From Lepidodermella squamata (taxonomy: Eukaryota; Animalia; Gastrotricha): DNA of 64,000 nucleotides. The notes beneath the pieces are model-generated. The model saw only the letters and a program-made list of their open reading frames with translations. It ran no database searches and was not told the DNA's origin. Position numbers and translations under genes: made by a program. The stretch is from assembly GCA_047495785.1 (NCBI GenBank), contig JBLDXI010000025.1, forward strand, positions 1,612,001-1,676,000. The letters are read 5' to 3'. Positions 61,193 to 64,000 of the stretch are shown piece after piece; positions within the stretch are counted from its first letter, which is position 1, and each line of letters opens with the position of its first letter.

Positions 61193-64000
61193 ATGCCTAT
61201 TATTGTTAAAGACGCAGAAATCTCCGAAAGTTTGGAACATGTTTTCATAAATTTACCTCTTTTCACGCACACGCCGCAAGAGGTAGATGTGATTATTTTC
61301 GAGGATTACGTCAAGGTAAGATTTATCACTAATTATTTCCAAACATTTTGGCTAATTTACTGATTTCAGGTTTCATATCCGCCCCATATTTTCGAGACAT
61401 TTCTGGCGAAAAAAGTCATCGATCTCAGCAGTTCGATTCGATTTGAGGATAAAACTATAGTCTTGCTATTGAAGAAAGAGACCGATGAAATTTGGGAGAA
61501 AATCACGTTAGAGATTGCTGATAAAAAGGAGGCGAAAGAAAAGAGGGAACAGATCTTAAAAAGATTAGCTGAAGTGACGGAAGAGCGGCGGAAGGCTCGA
61601 GTTGAATCTAAAGCCGAGCAAGGTCGCGAAAATGTTCGGGCTCAGATGAAGCTGGAACAGCATGAACGCGAAAGGATTGAACAGAAAAAAGAACGCGAAA
61701 AAGCGATAGCTCTATCGGGAATTTACGACTCGAAACCCGCGGAAATTTCGGCGAAAATTGAACCTGATTTTGTGCCTGTAAAATCTACTCAAATCGTCTC
61801 AGTGAAGAATCAAGGCCCGATAATAACTGAAATTGTTGAGGATGAACAGGCGAAAAAGCAGATTTTCACCCAGGTTCAACAGCCTAAGCCTTCCAAGCCT
61901 GTTGAAAGTCCACCGCAAAAGCAATTACCTCCAGTTCGAGGAAATGGACAGATCTCTGTAAAATTCACTCATCGCGTGTTTCCGACTCCTTCTCGCGAAT
62001 CTCAAGCCCAGGAAGAGGAGCAGTGGTTGAAAAAACAAGCTGATGCTAGGAAAATCATTGAAATTGATGAACAGTGAGTTGAACATTTTTCTTAGAATTT
62101 CGCGGAATTTTTTATATTTTGTCTTAGGGAATTGACTGAAAATGAAAAAGACCCGGAATATATGCGTAAAAAGGCGGATGATTTCTATAAGCAGGGCAAT
62201 TTCTTAGCCGCCGCGAATGCCTACACTCATGCGTTGAGAATGCGGCCGAATCAAGCACCGTTGTACTCGAATCGATCTGCCTGTCATTTGCGCGCTGGTA
62301 ATTTGATGAAATGCGTTGAAGATGCGTCGAAAGCGCTCGAACTTCTCACGCCGCCTGTCGATGCGAATGCTAGGGAACGATTGTTGGCGCACATTCGTCG
62401 AGGAACTGCCTTGGCTAAGCTCGATCTGGTTGTTGGTACGTCCATTTTCTTTTTTTATCGCTATTAATTTGATTCGACTTCCTGTATTCGATGAGTTCAA
62501 ATTATGAAGTTGAAAATGAGCCGCCTTAAATTTAATTCACACTGGATTCATTGAAGGGAAAACGCGAGATTTCTACGTTTTCGCATCATAATTTGCAAGC
62601 CATCAAAGATCGCAAGTCACAAAAATTGCGACTTGCTCAAAAATTAATCAACTGAGCATATCAATCTCGCAGGTTCTCGCATTACTTGTCCCCTTCGTCA
62701 CTTACCCCTTCGTCAATTTCCACAATCTTTTCTCATCCGTTGTAATAGCCTGTGGTTGAGACGTAGGGGTCAACAGCTGTCGAAATAGTCGAAATTCTCG
62801 GGTTTTCTTGCAGAATTGTTTAGGCCCCTGCCTAAATTATCCGCTATTAGAAACGAATCGCATTTATTTGAGTCCGTGAGTCCAAGCACGAGTCCATTTT
62901 TCTGTTTCTTCATATTTTGTGGAGGGGTTTGCTCTGGCTTCGGACAGTGCTCTAGTTTCAGACAGCGGAGAAAGCCAAATTTCGGACGATGGACTGTCCA
63001 AATTTGAGGGTTAACTTGAGGGCTTGATGATTAAACAGGTTGGTTATTGATTCTGTATCCGCCAGGGCAGGAAGAGGACGCGAGTGGTTTAGATGCACAC
63101 GATTTGAAACACAGCTGAAACTATTTAACGAGGGGTTTTCGCGTGTTTGTATGAAGTTTTGCTCAAATTAAAGTAGTAGCTCACAGTTCGAATGGTCGAA
63201 TTGAGCGAAGGCCACGAGGCGAGAAGCGCGAGTGACGATGCCGTATCCTGGTTGGTAGAAAACTTCGATGAACACATTTGGCTTTTTGCCATTTGTTAAA
63301 GCAGTTGTTCATGTGAAAAGCAGATGAGAACTTTTGGCGGCAAGCCAGGCACCACTTTGAAATCCCAGGCAAGGACGCTATTTTTTACCAGACATTTTGT
63401 TAAGATCATGACTTTCGATATCTGACTTTTTGGTTTGAGAGAACAATGACTCAGAACTCGCCAGCAAACAATCTTCGATCAATCCGATCAGTACTCGATG
63501 ACTGCTTTGCGAAATTTGATAAGAGACTGGAACTGTGCCGCATTGTCTTAGACTGACTTTTCCTGGTTTTTCGATGCGAGTGATTATGTATGTGAATTAG
63601 GCGGAAATTAGTAATACCTCAGCTAAACAGGGACAACAGCGGCGAAGCTTGTTAGTACAAGATAGGTGCATTGTCTTTAACTACGAGGAAAAAGAAAGAT
63701 GCGTATCTTTAATGCAGTTGCTAGTTTGATAGGAATACCAGTCTAATGTCAGGATACAGTGAATATAGCTCTTTCATCAATTGGTCAACGGATTTTGCAA
63801 CGATAAACAGTCTGAACGGTCGATCCTTTTAAGCCAGATAATGCTGTAAATATATTCTGTAGCAAGGGGTAGCTCTTGGAAATCAAATTCTGATAAGTGG
63901 AATGGGCTGATTTGAGAAATTGTTGTCAAAATACGAATAATTGAAACTTGCAAATTTTGGAAAGATTTTTTAAACTAATCGTTTATTTCTTATTTTAGAG
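61193..64000 (+). CDS. DNAAF4: Dynein axonemal assembly factor 4 (DYX1C1); continues past window end; long intron 62436-63998
   Basis: MPIIVKD CS/p23-like N-terminus, charged coiled coil, FTHRVFPTPSRES...EEEQWLKKQA, and TPR repeats (LYSNRSACHL, ALELLTPPV..NA..R..AH.RRGTA). Confidence 0.93.

Noticed and set aside
1-64000. Prokaryotic-type systems (CRISPR arrays, defence operons, IS elements), tRNA or rRNA genes
   Set aside because: The sequence is intron-containing animal DNA. No repeat-spacer array, transposase, cloverleaf or rRNA-like segment was seen.

Overview
This is eukaryotic (animal) DNA from a compact genome. Genes are densely packed, most introns are GT-AG and about 40-65 bp, and motile-cilia genes are present. 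The species cannot be named from the sequence, and no prokaryotic systems were seen. Protein-coding content: five related divergent nAChR-like Cys-loop channel subunits (three tandem on -, two tandem on +), a sixth unrelated Cys-loop subunit, three intronless tetraspanins, KLHL20, two tandem ZDHHC6 paralogues, a secreted LamG-like protein, an astacin-EGF-CUB protease, WDR1/AIP1, CSTF3, ODF2-like, EDEM1, an orphan secreted ORF, VPS18, and a tightly spaced co-oriented run POLR1B-MED27-UCK-DNAAF4. The top finding is a ~400-nt intergenic segment (~14075-14482) with the element order of a metazoan telomerase RNA: CTAACCCT template, pseudoknot-compatible U/A-rich core, long P4-type stem, box H, CR7-like 8-nt loop and box ACA, followed directly by an intron-like unit. 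Other leads are a divergent Cys-loop family with an unusual pore (possible chemoreceptors), operon/trans-splicing-like spacing, a CAGCTG promoter motif, and a second unidentified structured GC-rich island (~31430-31650). All RNA structures were paired by eye and need computational and experimental confirmation.
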